A stretch of DNA of 64,000 nt from Rhina ancylostomus (taxonomy: Eukaryota). The stretch covers positions 20,144,700 to 20,208,699 of the forward strand of contig JARFYF010000029.1 of NCBI GenBank assembly GCA_030265395.1. Direction: 5' to 3'. Of the stretch, positions 51,101 through 63,705 are shown piece by piece; position 1 is the stretch's first letter, and each line of letters starts with the position of its first letter. The notes under the pieces were generated by a model. That model had not been told where the DNA came from, ran no database searches, and was given only the letters and a program-made list of their open reading frames with translations. A program made the position numbers and the translations under genes.

Positions 51101-53039
51101 CTCGTGCTAGGTTCCCAGCACAGCAGTGTCATCAGTAACACATCTTTCTCAATATATAAAACACTATAATGAACCCTTTTTGCTGGTTCCATCAGCTCTG
51201 TCATTTCTGGGAATGCATCCTGAGAGCCAAACGAGATACTAGTGTATAATTAGCATAATCTCCTGATCTTTTAGGGCTGGGGACAAATAATAACTGTGGG
51301 GCTTGCTACTGATCTGAATCCTGAAAAATGATTAAAAACTGTCTGGTCCCTCAATTATCTCATTAAAAACCTCATTCAAACATGATTTACTCTTAATGTA
51401 TGTGCGCTGGCTTCCCTATTTTAGTCCATACTTATCGAAATGGTTATTTTCTTGTGGATAACTATTTCTAAAAGCTTCCCCACCATCAGTATTACATTTA
51501 TAATACTGTCCTCCAGTGCCTGTATCTAAAAACAAGTCCAGGACCTCCACAATTTCTATTCTTACTTTTCCCAACAACCTAAGAGGCATCATAGGTATGG
51601 CCAAACAATCTAATATCCCTTTATCTATTTTTGTCTTGTCCAATATCTTGGCAACATTTAAGTTTAACATAACTTTGCTAAATGCCAATGTAAAGTAACA
51701 CTTAAGCCATGCATTTAAACTCCAATACTAGATCCTCATGTTGGCATCTAAATGGCCTGATCACATATCTGACATAGATCTTAATGGTGATATTAGGGAA
51801 TGTATTTCTTTGGAGTACCAACTTGTGCCAAATGGAGAATTTACTCATTCACCTCACTTAGCTAGCTACTTAAAAGAATGAATACTAAAACAAAACACAA
51901 TGCATCCTCAAATTTGATCTAAAGGTTGTACCCCTTCACTGAGAGGACCTAAGCTGTTTAAAAGTGTGTGTTAAACACCCAGTCTTAGACCAGTTATTAC
52001 TTTCCAAAGCAGGAACCTTGATGCATAGCAGTTATTCTTGTATTCTCAGTGAACNNNNNNNNNNGAGATCTCTGTCATTGGATGAACTGAATTTTCTCCG
52101 TGATTCTAAGAAATTACACATCTTGCTTTTCCACAACTGGCCATCTGTGGAACAAAAAATAATAATTCTGTAAGACAATCTCAGCAAACTCAACTCACGG
52201 CTGACTGAACTGATAATGCAGTGAAAGAACATGCCCAGTGGTTACATGCTTGTTAGAAGTATGGCTCTCACCTTAGTTCATACTTTTCTTGCTTCCTGGG
52301 GGGAGAAAAGGTATTGACTTGATGAAAGCTGGCAAGATGACACATTAACTACTTTTCCTTNNNNNNNNNNNNNNNNNNNNNNNNNNNNNNNNNNNNNNNN
52401 NNNNNNNNNNNNNNNNNNNNNNNNNNNNNNNNNNNNNNNNNNNNNNNNNNNNNNNNNNNNGACACATTAACTTCTTTTCCTTCATTTTCTTCAACACATG
52501 AGTATTATCACACCATTCCATCTCAAAACCTAATAGGTGGACAAGTCATCTTTAATGCTGCCCTGTGGTTAAGATTTCATTAATTCCCAATGTGACAATA
52601 TTTATCTTGCATCTCTTTCAATAGAGAAAAAAAAGACGTATTTATATAATGGCTTCCATGTATGGCAATGTGAAAATGAGCAGATAATCTTTTACTGTTG
52701 CTTGAATTATAAACATTGTAGCAAGATCAATAGGACAATGCAGGCAACAGGTTAGTGGGTGCATACCTACTTCTGCTGTAAAGCAGAAGTTACTTGGGAG
52801 CTTTGTCTTAATCCCAAAAAGGCATGACGTACTCAATTTTAGTTTATGCCCTCTTTCCTGTAGTTCCATTGCAGCAACATGTGTCATCTGTGCTGTGAAT
52901 ATGAGGATGTTGTTATCGGTGAATTCGCAGAGCTCAATGAAACATAATGGTGTGTATTTATGAAAGGAATTTTCATCATGCCCCTAACAAGGTTTACTTC
53001 TTTCTCTTTGCCCTGCTGGCCTGAATTTGTTTCTTACAG

Positions 53040-53182
53040 GTAAAAGTTGAAAATCACTATGACTTCCAGGATATAGCCAGTGTCGTGGCCCTGGCAAAAA
53101 CTTATGCGACCACAGAACCTTACATTGATTCCAAGTACGACATCAGAATTCAGAAGATTGGGAACAATTATAAAGCATACAT
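53040..53182 (+). CDS. SYN3: Synapsin III exon, [47 protein letters not shown](M)
   Basis: ttacag acceptor and gtaagg donor, 143 bp, phase 0/2. Confidence 0.96.
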
Positions 53183-53214
53183 GTAAGGATCTGACATTTT
53201 ATCTGGCATAGAAA

Positions 53215-53710
53215 AATCTGACAAGGGCTAGGCAGTGTGGGTGCAGGGAGAGTGTTTTCCCTGGATGGGAGGTTTAGAAAAGGAGTCACAGTCACTGGAT
53301 AAGGCAATTAGGATTGAGATGGGGAGTAATTTCTTCACTTGAAGGGAGGTGAGCCTGTGGAATTCTCGACCGCAAAATATCGTGGAGGCCAAGTCACTGA
53401 ATATATTTAAGAAGGAGGTGGACAGACTTCAAGACAAAAATGCCATCAAGTAATATGTAGAAAGAGCAAGGTATGGTATTGAGATAGAGGCTCAGCTGTG
53501 TTCATATTGAATGGCACAGTGGGCTCAGAGGGCCTAACAGCCTACTCCTGATGTCAGGACTTTGACCTGACTTGTTAACTAGTTTCTCTTTACAGAGATG
53601 CAGCCTCACCTGTTTAGTATTTCCAGCATTTTCTATTTTTATTTTATATTTCCAGCATCTACAGTTTTTTATTTTCAGCCTGCTGCTGCTCCTATTTCTA
53701 TGTTTCTAAG
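53215..53710 (+). mobile_element. CR1-type 3' fragment with a nested PLE-derived repeat (about 53547-53675)
   Basis: aatttcttcact...gtggaattctc...ggaggccaagtcactgaatatatttaag; nested ctgatg...gacctga...tttccagcatct flanked by cagcctactcctg / cagcctgctgctg. Confidence 0.75.
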
Positions 53711-55040
53711 TAAGCATGTTCAAAATGGTAAAATTAATAATGGTTTTGGTGTTTTAACCTGCTGAAATGGAAGGGAGAATAGAAAGAATGATACATTATG
53801 GCTTTTAACACATTCTGAATTCCTGAAATGATTGTATATTGAAAATGTACCAAATTGAGTCCAGGGTCTTCCTATAATCAAGGGGGAAAAGCCTTTCGAT
53901 TGAATAGTAAGTCATCTTTCCTACAAGGCCTGGGCTCAGTAGATTTTGTACGACAGGTACTTTTACTTTATCCTAAATCAAGATGATCGATTTGGTATGT
54001 TTCCAAGGCAATCCTCTCAGCCAATCTTCAGAAGAAAAGTTCAAAAGAGTCAGTATTATCTGAACCGCTTCAGTTACTTTGACCTGCTTAAATAATTAAA
54101 CTTCACCAGCTGCAGGTAACAAAAAAGGAATGTATTCATGAGCTATTTTTTTCAAAAGATCTTGACCTCCATGTAGCAGATAACCAACCAGTGACAAAGA
54201 AGGGATGAAGAACTTGATGAATGAGTTTCTGGATGTAAATCTGGGCCCTTCTGACAACCACAGCTGAAATTCTCTTTATGCATAAGGAGGCTTATCTTTG
54301 TCTTTACCTAAAATATATCTCTTGCAAAGCAGTACATTTTAGTATCTGATTAGTTAACACAGTGATAGCTATTTGAAAGAATTCCTTGACAGTTTCTTAG
54401 GTTCCCAAAATGTAACAGGACTATGAGAACTTTTGGAAGTGGGGCAAATCTTTCCACACCTGAGGTTAGTTTAACATCATCTTTAGCTGCTTGGAATTCC
54501 AGTGTACACCTGGCTGATAAGCTGAGAAACATCCACTGATATTTTAGACTGTGACGCAGGAAGTCCAATATTGAACCATTCTGTAGGTTTCTCTTTGGAG
54601 TCACTAGTAAGAATTTAGAATGAAAATGGGACTGCCTAGTTTGTCATCCACACAGCAGACAACCTGCTACACAATGTACTGACTTGTTTCATTCGGACCT
54701 CTGTGTAGTAGGATGTTAAAATCTGAACTTCACGCCATGGTACATTTCCAGTTACAAATATGCCACTAGTGTAGAAACATTGGGATAAGTGAGTGAGTGA
54801 TGAGTTATTTACAGCTATGCTATATAACCATTATAGCCCTTAATTTGACTGTCTCAAGAGCACCAAAACAGCTCACACATGATATTAGGAAAAGTTATGC
54901 TATTCACGTTGGATGTGAGGTGAGGGAGGGAATTTGTCTTATGAGCAATTTTTTTTTGCAGTTATTTTACTTCTGTCTCTAGGATACAGCTGTAAACATT
55001 GTAAAAGTGATGTTCTCATTGTAACTTTTCTCATTTTCAG

Positions 55041-55115
55041 GAGGACTTCAATTTCAGGAAACTGGAAAGCAAATACTGGCTCTGCTATGCTGGAACAAGT
55101 GGCCATGACGGAACG
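55041..55115 (+). CDS. SYN3: Synapsin III exon, [24 protein letters not shown](R)
   Basis: tttcag acceptor and gtaaga donor, 75 bp. KANTG and EQVAMTER are synapsin III-type residues. Confidence 0.96.
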
Positions 55116-56269
55116 GTAAGAATTTAGACCACATAAACCAGGCCAGGAAAAATCTCTGTATTGAGAACTTAACATTGCACAAAATGTTAAAGAATTAAAC
55201 CCATGAGCAAAACTTTTAGCTTAATCTTCCCAGACTTACTTATTTAATGTAACCTCCCTAAATTAACAAATATTTTCCATGAAATCTGATTAATAATGTT
55301 ACTTGTTTTGAAAATAGGTCATTGCTTCATGAGCCCTGTCAACAATAGCCAAGCTCTACAGGGTTGGATACAGGGTGTAATGGTGGTTCCTGATTTGTTT
55401 GTCTCATTCCCTGTAAATTTTTATTTTTGTAGAGCATTTTCATATCATAGCCCTCCAGGGAACTGTACAGACTAATCACAATCAAGAGAATTATTTATAA
55501 GCTAAAAATGCAAATGGAGCAAGTCAGAGTAGAAGGCTGGAAAAGCATGCTGCTTTCATTTCAGAAAAGGAGAGGGAATTTGTCTCTTATTTTAATAACC
55601 TATCAATAATCAACAATGCAGTTTTTACAGTGGAAGCCTCTAAGATGTCATTCTTCAGAACTCTAAAGTAACTTGAATGAAAAAGCAACATGTAGCTTTA
55701 CATCTATTGTTTAAAGTGGCACCAGTGCATTGGCAGATGTATCCTATTGTGTGAGTCACAGGTACCACTCCATCTCTCAAGCTGAACACTCCCTTCTTTT
55801 TCCACTGAATACATACTCCATTGGGGAACACTGCATCCCAGTTATATTGGAAGACTGACTGAATGAGATCAGTTTTGAAGTGGTAATCCCTCCGGTCAGA
55901 TTAGCTTGGTATGGAACTAGTGCGGAAACCCAGACTAGTGCCCAGAAATAGCTTCTCAAATGTAAAAACAATACAACTGCAACAACTTTGATCAGTCCAA
56001 AACATTTTGTCGAAACAGTCTGGTGATTGGTTGCCAGACCCATTGCCAGGATCTTAAAGCCGCCATGAGGTTTTGTCATATTCCTGTGGGAAAAGACACT
56101 CACGTTGTGTGGAAATTATTTACAATGATGTTGTGATATTCAGCTTTGGTGAGCTCATGTCTAGCGGGTGTCACCCGCAATTCGTTATCTTGATTTGATT
56201 TTACTGAACACCTGTTCCAAAGCTGCCCAAGGGAAAACACAACAAACATTAAAACAAGGAACAACAGAA

Positions 56270-56552
56270 GATAAGATATTTGTTTATTGGTCACAAGAAC
56301 ATTGAAACACACAGTGAAATGTGTCTTTTTGCGTTACTGAGAACGTGCTGGGGGCAGCCTGGAAGTGTCGCCACTCTTCTGGCGCCAATGTAGCATGCCC
56401 ACAGCCCTTAATCTGTATGGCTTTGGAATGGGAGGAAACCCACACAGTCATGGGGAGAACGTACAAACTCCTTACAGACAGTGGCCAGAATTGAACCTGG
56501 GTCGCTGGTGCTGTAATAGCGTTATGCTAACCGCTACACTACTGTGCTGCCC
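56270..56552 (-). mobile_element. Near full-length V-SINE/HE1-like SINE
   Basis: tRNA-like head (reverse complement of gaattgaacctgggtcgctgg...gctaaccgctacactac), V-domain ggggagaacgtacaaactcc and a LINE-like tail. Confidence 0.85.
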
Positions 56553-56687
56553 CAAAAGTGCTGTCAAGATTCTATATGTGGAAATAAGGATTAAATTTCC
56601 TTTATATAGAGATGCTGCAACACACTGGGAGAATGCATGATAGAGTGTTTTGATAGAACTGCCTTTTCAATAGAAACTCTCTTTCAG

Positions 56688-56790
56688 CTATCGAACATGG
56701 GTGGATGCCTGTTCTGAGATGTTTGGTGGCCTGGACATCTGCGCAGTAAAAGCTGTACATGGGAAAGATGGGAAGGATTACATCATTGAG
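56688..56790 (+). CDS. SYN3: Synapsin III exon, [34 protein letters not shown]
   Basis: tttcag acceptor and gttagt donor, 103 bp, phase 2/0. Confidence 0.96.
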
Positions 56791-57722
56791 GTTAGTTGGA
56801 TCGCCCACATCCCAATTCATAATGCATTTTCACATTGTGAATGTTGATTTTGGTAAAAAGACTCCTTCATCTTGTGTGGGCCCATCTTCTGGCAGGAGGT
56901 TTCACAAGCAAATTATTAAAATTAAGGATTGTTTACAACAGTGTACAAGAAAAGAATGACCATTTTAACAGTGAATATCTAAGTTATAATTGGGGTGACA
57001 CCAGTGGCTTATTTCACACAAACCAACCCTGTTAATGGAATATAACACTTCATTGCCAGTTTAAAGCTCTTTTTAATTTAGTTTGTGGTTTTGCCAAGCT
57101 AACTGTGGAGGGTCACTCTATTACCTCTTAATTTTATGTTTAGGTGCCAATTTTAGCTACATCTACCTGCTCTGTGCAGCCATAATATTCTAATTAATTC
57201 TAATGACAATACGAATGTTATTAAAATTATTAATAATATTATTATTCCATTCCCAGTCCAATTATGATGCTGTCACTAAAGGACCAGGCCAAAATAGCAT
57301 TTTCCTGGTGCAGGAAAAACCCCAAATCCAATTTTGACATGTGACTTTCTAGCTTGTCTCTGGTGGTGACCAGTAGTCCTTTAAAGAGATGCGTAGAGGC
57401 GACTCTAAAACACAAAGTAAACATTTTCTCGGTGAGGGCAGGAGGAATGTAAAAATATGATTGGAGGACTCCTTCTAGATCGGTATTCCTGCTCCCATCA
57501 ATGTGAGAGCCATCAGACTCCTTCCTTATACCAGCAAACTGCAGTTTCATTGAGAACTTGACCAATACCAGGCCAATACGAGCACCACCCTTTGTTGCTT
57601 CCTTGCTGCTCTAGATCAATAAATTATTGTGGAGTCCATTTACCTAGCCTTGATTCTATACCAGTTAAGCTTCACATCTTACATTGAAATCTCCTATATG
57701 CACATCCCTTCCTGTCTCTTCA

Positions 57723-57990
57723 TACAGGCAACCCCCATGTTACGGCTATTTGGGTTACAGATATTCGCCCTTAAGGAATTCACAAATCACTACCTAAAAA
57801 TTTGAGATATGGAATAAAATTCACTCACGGAGTTTGTGTGAAAGAAATAAATCAACACAAAATTAATTTTTTTCAACTTGCATTTCTTGACGCATGCATA
57901 GATGATGCAGCTTTGTGTAATGGAAAATCACAATATGGTCCGTTTTCAGGGAACTGAAACTCTCCCCCTGCCTCCGTAGTTGGGGTGGGG
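57723..57990. mobile_element. Possible Tc1/mariner (Tigger-like) non-autonomous DNA transposon
   Basis: Left end ta|caggcaacccccatgttacg resembles Tigger-type TIRs; degenerate right end cgtagttggggtgggg. Confidence 0.45.
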
Positions 57991-59319
57991 GGATGTGTCA
58001 CTTGTGGTCTCAAAGACATGAGTTACCTATCTGATGAAAACATGAGGTTGTGTGAACATACACCAAGAGTTAATTTGGAAATGTCTCAGTCTGGCAATGA
58101 TTACCCAGAGCTATTTGTTCTGTGGCTTTTATCTTCTACTGGACTGATTATATATACATATCAGTTGTTCCTGAATTTAAAGCTAGTCACCTCCTTTATT
58201 TATTTTCTGTCTTTTCTAAACACTTCATCTGCTTAAATGTCATATTCCTCAATATTTTTACCAAGTTCCTGATATTTGCACCACATCATGGTCTGTTGTC
58301 ATCAGCCTCCTGTGCTGGCAGCCTAATGCATTCACAAACAGTAATGTTATAACACATCTAGTTCCTCTCGTCCATGTAGACGTCAGTGAGAACATAGCAG
58401 GTTTTGTCCATGATGCCCTCCAACGTTAAGCTCATTGTCAGATTATCTTTACCAGAAGAGGAGAAAAAGGGAAGTGCTGCAGTGAGACTGCGGACAATGA
58501 ATCCATGTGCTACCAGTGCTCCACAGGAAACAGTAATCCTTGACTGCCATCCTGTGGCAGGATTAGCAAACATAAACAAAAAAACCTCAAAGCATCCCTC
58601 TCTAATAGACTCCAACTTTTTACCTTTGACAGAGACTACAACTGTGATTAATTTGGATGTTATATGGCTGGGGGAAAGAAGCAGATGCAGTTCTTGACCC
58701 TGAATGGTTTCCACCTCCATCAGTGTTGGCATTTGAATGTCAAGGATGGCATCCACTAAGGCTTTTCTACTATCTGTTTGCCTTGTCTTAAATCAGATGC
58801 TGTTCCTAATCCTAGCCCTTTATGCTTGTAACTGAAGGTAGTCAATTGCTATTGTAAAGTAATAGTTTATGGATGTCAGTAACACCTGTTTGCTAAATAG
58901 TTAGGTAGTTATTGTGAGCGTTGCGTGTAACACATCATTCCTTTGCTCATTATTAAATGCAGCCTGTTATTACTTGCAATGATTACATTACTGCTGAACT
59001 CTTGGATGAAGAGTTAACACATTTTGTACTGAATGTTGTTCTTTTGGGGCTAAAAAGCAAGTCTTTCCTGGAGCAAGCTGGAAGGGAGTAACTGCTGTTG
59101 AAAGTTGCTGCTAACATCAATGGAAAAACAAATTGCATTGGTAGAGCTGCTACTTTTTTTTCTTCTGGAAAATGCCTATGATGTTTTCTTTTAATGTGAC
59201 AGAATGAGGTCATAATCCAATGGCGAGAGAGTACAGAGTATTGAAGTTCAAGCTACATGCATGCGTGCACGCGCGCGCACACACACACACACTCTCCATA
59301 CACATAGATGGATATAAGT

Positions 59320-59630
59320 CCTCTTCACAGTTCTTCCTCATCCCACTTCACCAATCCCTCCCCTCTTCAGAGGCTTTGCCTAATTGTTTTCCTCCTCAGC
59401 ACATCCCTCCTTATAGCCCCCGCTCTCTTCCTCTCACTCCTTTTCCCTTTCTGACCCCCTTCTCTCCTGTCCTCCCTCTCTCTCCTCTTGCTCACCCCCT
59501 TTTCCTTTCTCTCTTGCTCCCCTCTGCTGTCTGACTCATCCTTCCTCTTTCCCACTAACCCTAACCCTGTCCTCCCTCTTCATCTCCACCCGACCTCTGC
59601 CCCCCATTCTTCAGCCACCATTCCCTTGTT
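59320..59630. repeat. Polypyrimidine (CT-rich) low-complexity tract, preceded by a (GC)n(CA)n run at about 59265-59292
   Basis: Seen directly. Confidence 0.8.
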
Positions 59631-60439
59631 TCAGGGCCACTCTGCTAGTTGTCCTTCCATATTAGTATCCTGGTTCCAGCAGCCATATCACGTGAGACTA
59701 GTGGGGACCCTTCAAGAACCTCGGGTGTGTTCTAGCTGCATTTGTAGAACACCATAAACAAACTACGGCATGTCCTACAAAAGCATACACTACTAACTGG
59801 TTTATATTGAGATTATTCAGGAAGAGTTTCATAGGCTTTTAATGCAGAGGAAGAGCAGAACATCACAATCTTCCAATATTCTGCAATATTATCCACCGAC
59901 TTTGGTGTCCCCTCTTTTCTCCAGAGACAGAGAGATTTCAGTGGCATTTCAGCATCCAAATAAAGTTTTGACATTAAATTATTACTTTATAATTCCCACT
60001 CCTGGAATCTATCACAAAATTATAGCCTTCAGGATGTTGTACGAACGAGTGTTTGGAGACTGGTGGGATGGATGGGGATGGATTTGTTGGCTGTTGTGGG
60101 GCTGCGGGCATCTTCTGCCAGGTGGGAACAGGCCATTTCCTTGTGCATTCTCCCCACACCACAAAATACAGTGTGAATGTGGGACTTAGCAAGTAATCAT
60201 TCTCAGAAACAACATGCATAAAATCATCCCCAGAAACCCAATGTTCTGCCACACTGTAAGGATAAGCAATGTTGTGCATCAATTTACAGAGGTGCCAGAG
60301 CTTGGTTAATAGAGGATCCTTTCATGGATCACTGGAACATTTTGCGTTCAGCCACATTTTGTCATGACTTCCTTTCCAACACACAGACTGTAAAGTACAC
60401 GAACTTGATTAGATGGGACCAAGAAATTGCAAAATAACA

Positions 60440-61480
60440 TAGGCAGCTTAGTTTGTGAATAGAACAGTGACAGTTGGAGCTCAGAGCTGGCAAGTGTGAG
60501 TTGATCCATTCTGAATCTAAGAATGACAAATCAGAATATTTTCTAAATGGCAAGAGACTAGGAACTGTGGAAGAGCAAAGGAATTTAGTTGTCTGTGTAC
60601 ACAAATCACTCAGCCAAAATAATCAACAAAGCTGATGGAATGTTGGCCTTTATCTCAAGTGATCTGGAATGTAATGTAATGAGATGAAGATACACCACAG
60701 AGGCAGGGGACCTCAGTCATACTTCACCTAAAGGAAGGATATTTTGGCTTTTGAGCAGACACGGAGCAATTCAGCAGACGTGTTCCAGGAACTAAAGGGT
60801 TAAATTGCACACCCAGGTTGCATACATTTGACTTGTACTTCTCTAAAATTAGGAGACTGAAAGATGATTTAATTGAGGTCTAGAATTTTAAAGGAATTTG
60901 ATATAATGGGAGAGGTAGGTACAGAAAAACAATGCGCCACAGACTTTGATGGAATAAAATCAGAAAATGCCGAAAATAGCAGGTCAGGCCACATCTACGG
61001 GAAGAGAAGCAGAGCTAATGTTTCTGGTCAAAGACCCTTCATCGGAATTTGGAAACTTGGAAGGAGACAAAAGAAGCTTGTCAAGCTGCAGGGAGGCTGG
61101 GGGTGGGGGCGGAAATCTCTGATACCAGAATACTGNNNNNNNNNNNNNNNNNNNNNNNNNNNNNNNNNNNNNNNNNNNNNNNNNNNNNNNNNNNNNNNNN
61201 NNNNNNNNNNNNNNNNNNNNNNNNNNNNNNNNNNNTGACCTTGGGTATAAGCTCCATAAGAGCCACAAACTTTAATTAATAGTTGGGCCATTTGCTGGAG
61301 GTAATGCCAGCAGTAAAATCAGAAGCACCAGAAAATCTGGAACTTTCATTCCCTGTGTGGTTGCTAGGTTAATTGACATTTTCAGGAGAGAGATTGGGTG
61401 GAAACACACTATCAGCTGGCCAGTGGGTGCACAGTGAACCCAAGCATGCAGTTACAGTGTGCACAGTGGCTTACTCCTGA
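60440..61480 (+). mobile_element. Degenerate CR1-type LINE with a nested minus-strand PLE-derived repeat (about 60950-61135)
   Basis: ctaaatggcaagagact...gagcaaaggaatttagttgtctgtgtacacaaatcact...ggaatgttggcctttat; nested aatgtttctggtcaaagacccttcatcggaa. Confidence 0.7.
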
Positions 61481-62518
61481 TTTTGTGCTTGCAAAATGAA
61501 ACATGCTGAAAGTCAGGTGCACAGGCAACTGATATCACACACTGATGCTGGACTCATCGTGTGGCAGTCCCATTCTTGAGTAGCTGGCCTTTATTTAAAA
61601 GGTAAATTTAGGTAAGTTTTTGTTTGTTATTTTTTCTCCAGTTTTGTGAATTAATAGCAGTTTTATATTATAGTAAATAAAATAATTCCTTTAACATTAG
61701 TTTTTTTTTCCAACTGTTTCCAAAGATCTCATCACCAAAGCAGTGAAAAGTGGCTGACAGCACAAGCTATCAGAAGGCAGTAAGGATAGTCCAAAGTCTT
61801 TCAGTCCTGTGCCCACAGTCTTGTCACAACTTGCAGCCTGCTGGGCTCGGCAGTAATGCCAGCAGTGTAACAGGAGCCGCAGTGTCAAAAAAATCAAATA
61901 TGGCTACGGGGCTACTATTCCAAGATAAGTGCGGTCCCACCTATTTGTCACTAGTAATGGTATCATGGAAATACTCAGCAGATCATCATCTGCGGAGGGA
62001 AACTGAGATAGCATTTCAGGTCAATCAATTGTTGAAGCGGTAACAGATGGAACAAGGTTAAGGCAAGATCTGAGTGGATGGTGGAGCAGACTCATGGGCC
62101 TGAATCATCAGATCCAGCCAGCTCTCAAACCTTTTGAGTTCCCTCATCTTTTAATCAGAATCAGATTTGTTATCACTGACATATGACGTGAAGTCTGCAA
62201 CACATTGCAACAACAGTAAAGGAGATGGTAAATGTGGGTGTTTGGTCTGGATCCCATGCACTGAGTTCTCATTTTTAGCTATAGTTGGTAGGAGAAATTT
62301 GGAACTCTATCATATGGTTTCTTGTCATGATTTGGGAGCATGGATCAATTTGAGTGACATGGGTCACTTGCCAGAATTCACAAATTTAAAATCATATTAA
62401 AAATATGCTGGATAAGGAAATTGATTTTAAACTTTCACAGTTTTGTGTAAGGTTCTTGGTGATGTACGCACTGTGATTACTGAACTGACTACTTTCTCTT
62501 TGCTGCCCTCTACTGCAG

Positions 62519-62665
62519 GTAATGGACAGTGCCATGCCTCTCATTGGAGAATATATCGAGGAGGACAGACAGCTCATAGCAGAACTGGTCATAGGGAAAA
62601 TGAACCAGCTTCTATCAGACAACCCTGCAGTATCCCAGCAACAAGCTGGAATGACTCTGAGCCAG
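62519..62665 (+). CDS. SYN3: Synapsin III exon (end of C domain), VMDSAMPLIGEYIEEDRQLIAELVIGKMNQLLSDNPAVSQQQAGMTLSQ
   Basis: ctgcag acceptor and a probable gttagc donor, 147 bp, in frame with the next exon. Confidence 0.9.
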
Positions 62666-63364
62666 GTTAGCAGAGAAGCCAGCATGAAGCTCTATTTCCC
62701 ATTTAATGTTGATTCTTTGTTTCCATGGAAGGTTTGTAATGCCCTTCATACTTTATCCAGGTGTCTGTCCTTCACATATTAACCTTGTGAACAACTGTGA
62801 GCAATGCAGTTAATTGTGTGGAACATCCAGTGCAGCACACATTTGAACAAGTGCTTCAGGGGAGTGATCAGGAACACAAGACCAGTCTCATTTCTCAGCT
62901 CTTTAACACAAAAGATGTTAAGGCTTGGTTTGATCTTAAGGAACGACTAAACTGGATTACCTGGGCTAGATGTATTTTCTCATCATGTGAAGATGCCTCA
63001 AATGTATAGCAATTCCATGAAGGTGTTTTACTGACAAATTCATATGTCTGTGACCCTGAAAGAAAAGAATTTGTAGGGCCAGTAAGAGAAGGTGGAGTGG
63101 TGGGACTATCTGGAGTACTCCTGCTTAGAAACAGTGCAGACTTGATGACCAAACGTGCCTCTGTGCTGTAATTTTTCTGTGACGTTTGTAGGGAGATGGG
63201 AATGCTGTGGAGGACTAATACCTCCTAACCCAGGAGTGCTGAAATGGCCACTTACTCTTGTAGAGTCATCTACTCCAGCCTCCTGACCCCATGGAAATCC
63301 ATGGCATTTAATTTTAAATTGTGTTCTCAAATGTTGTACCCATGGCAGAACATAAGCTCTTAAA

Positions 63365-63580
63365 CAAAAAAAATCTAAAGAGCAATGAATGTTAAGCAAT
63401 TAAGTTTATTCTCAAGGCTGAGATGTATATACTTTTGCATTATTTGGGAACCAAGGGTTGTAGGGCTCATGAGGGAAAATGGAGTTGAAGTCAGGATCAT
63501 ACCAGGCATTAAACTATTGAATGGCAGAACAGGATCAAGAATCAAATGGCTTACTCCCACTCCAGTTTCTTATATTCATA
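63365..63580 (+). mobile_element. Degenerate CR1-type 3' fragment
   Basis: attctcaaggctgagatgtata...ttgaatggcagaacaggatcaag...aaatggcttactcc. Confidence 0.55.
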
Positions 63581-63611
63581 TTTTTACCTTAATTTCTTAA
63601 ATCCTCAACAG

Positions 63612-63705
63612 GTCCAGCCTCCATCAACAAAAGCTCCAGTGCATCCTCAACCAGGAACGACTTCCCAGTGGGGGCAGACAGCCCAAGCACGTCCACCACC
63701 TCAAG
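63612..63705 (+). CDS. SYN3: Synapsin III Pro/Gln-rich exon, VQPPSTKAPVHPQPGTTSQWGQTAQARPPPQ(G)
   Basis: caacag acceptor and gtaggt donor, 94 bp. Ends in the RPPPQG motif conserved in synapsins. Confidence 0.9.

Noticed and set aside
8974-52070. GATC next to several short N gaps (8974, 11768, 52067)
   Set aside because: Probably a library or assembly artefact, or chance; no biological interpretation is supportable.
52339-52482. 22-bp direct repeat gacacattaact(a/t)cttttcctt flanking a 100-N gap
   Set aside because: Most likely an unmerged contig overlap (assembly artefact), not a target-site duplication.
33420-56550. tRNA-like A/B boxes at about 33420, 40280 and 56490
   Set aside because: They are SINE heads joined to V-domains, not cloverleaf tRNA genes.
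8889-59538. Scattered AP-1 sites (TGACTCA/TGAGTCA)
   Set aside because: About ten sites in 64 kb is close to random expectation for a 7-mer on two strands, and they are not clustered.
449-61291. Long ORFs in the track containing X runs (e.g. 449-1258, 18961-20043, 46745-47275)
   Set aside because: Their length comes from N gaps. Only the PLE RT fragment at 1144-1341 has real coding signal.
62666-62782. In-frame read-through of a SYN3 exon into the intron (possible short b-type isoform)
   Set aside because: A GT donor at 62666 joins in frame to the RPPPQG exon, and the extension has no similarity to synapsin tails.
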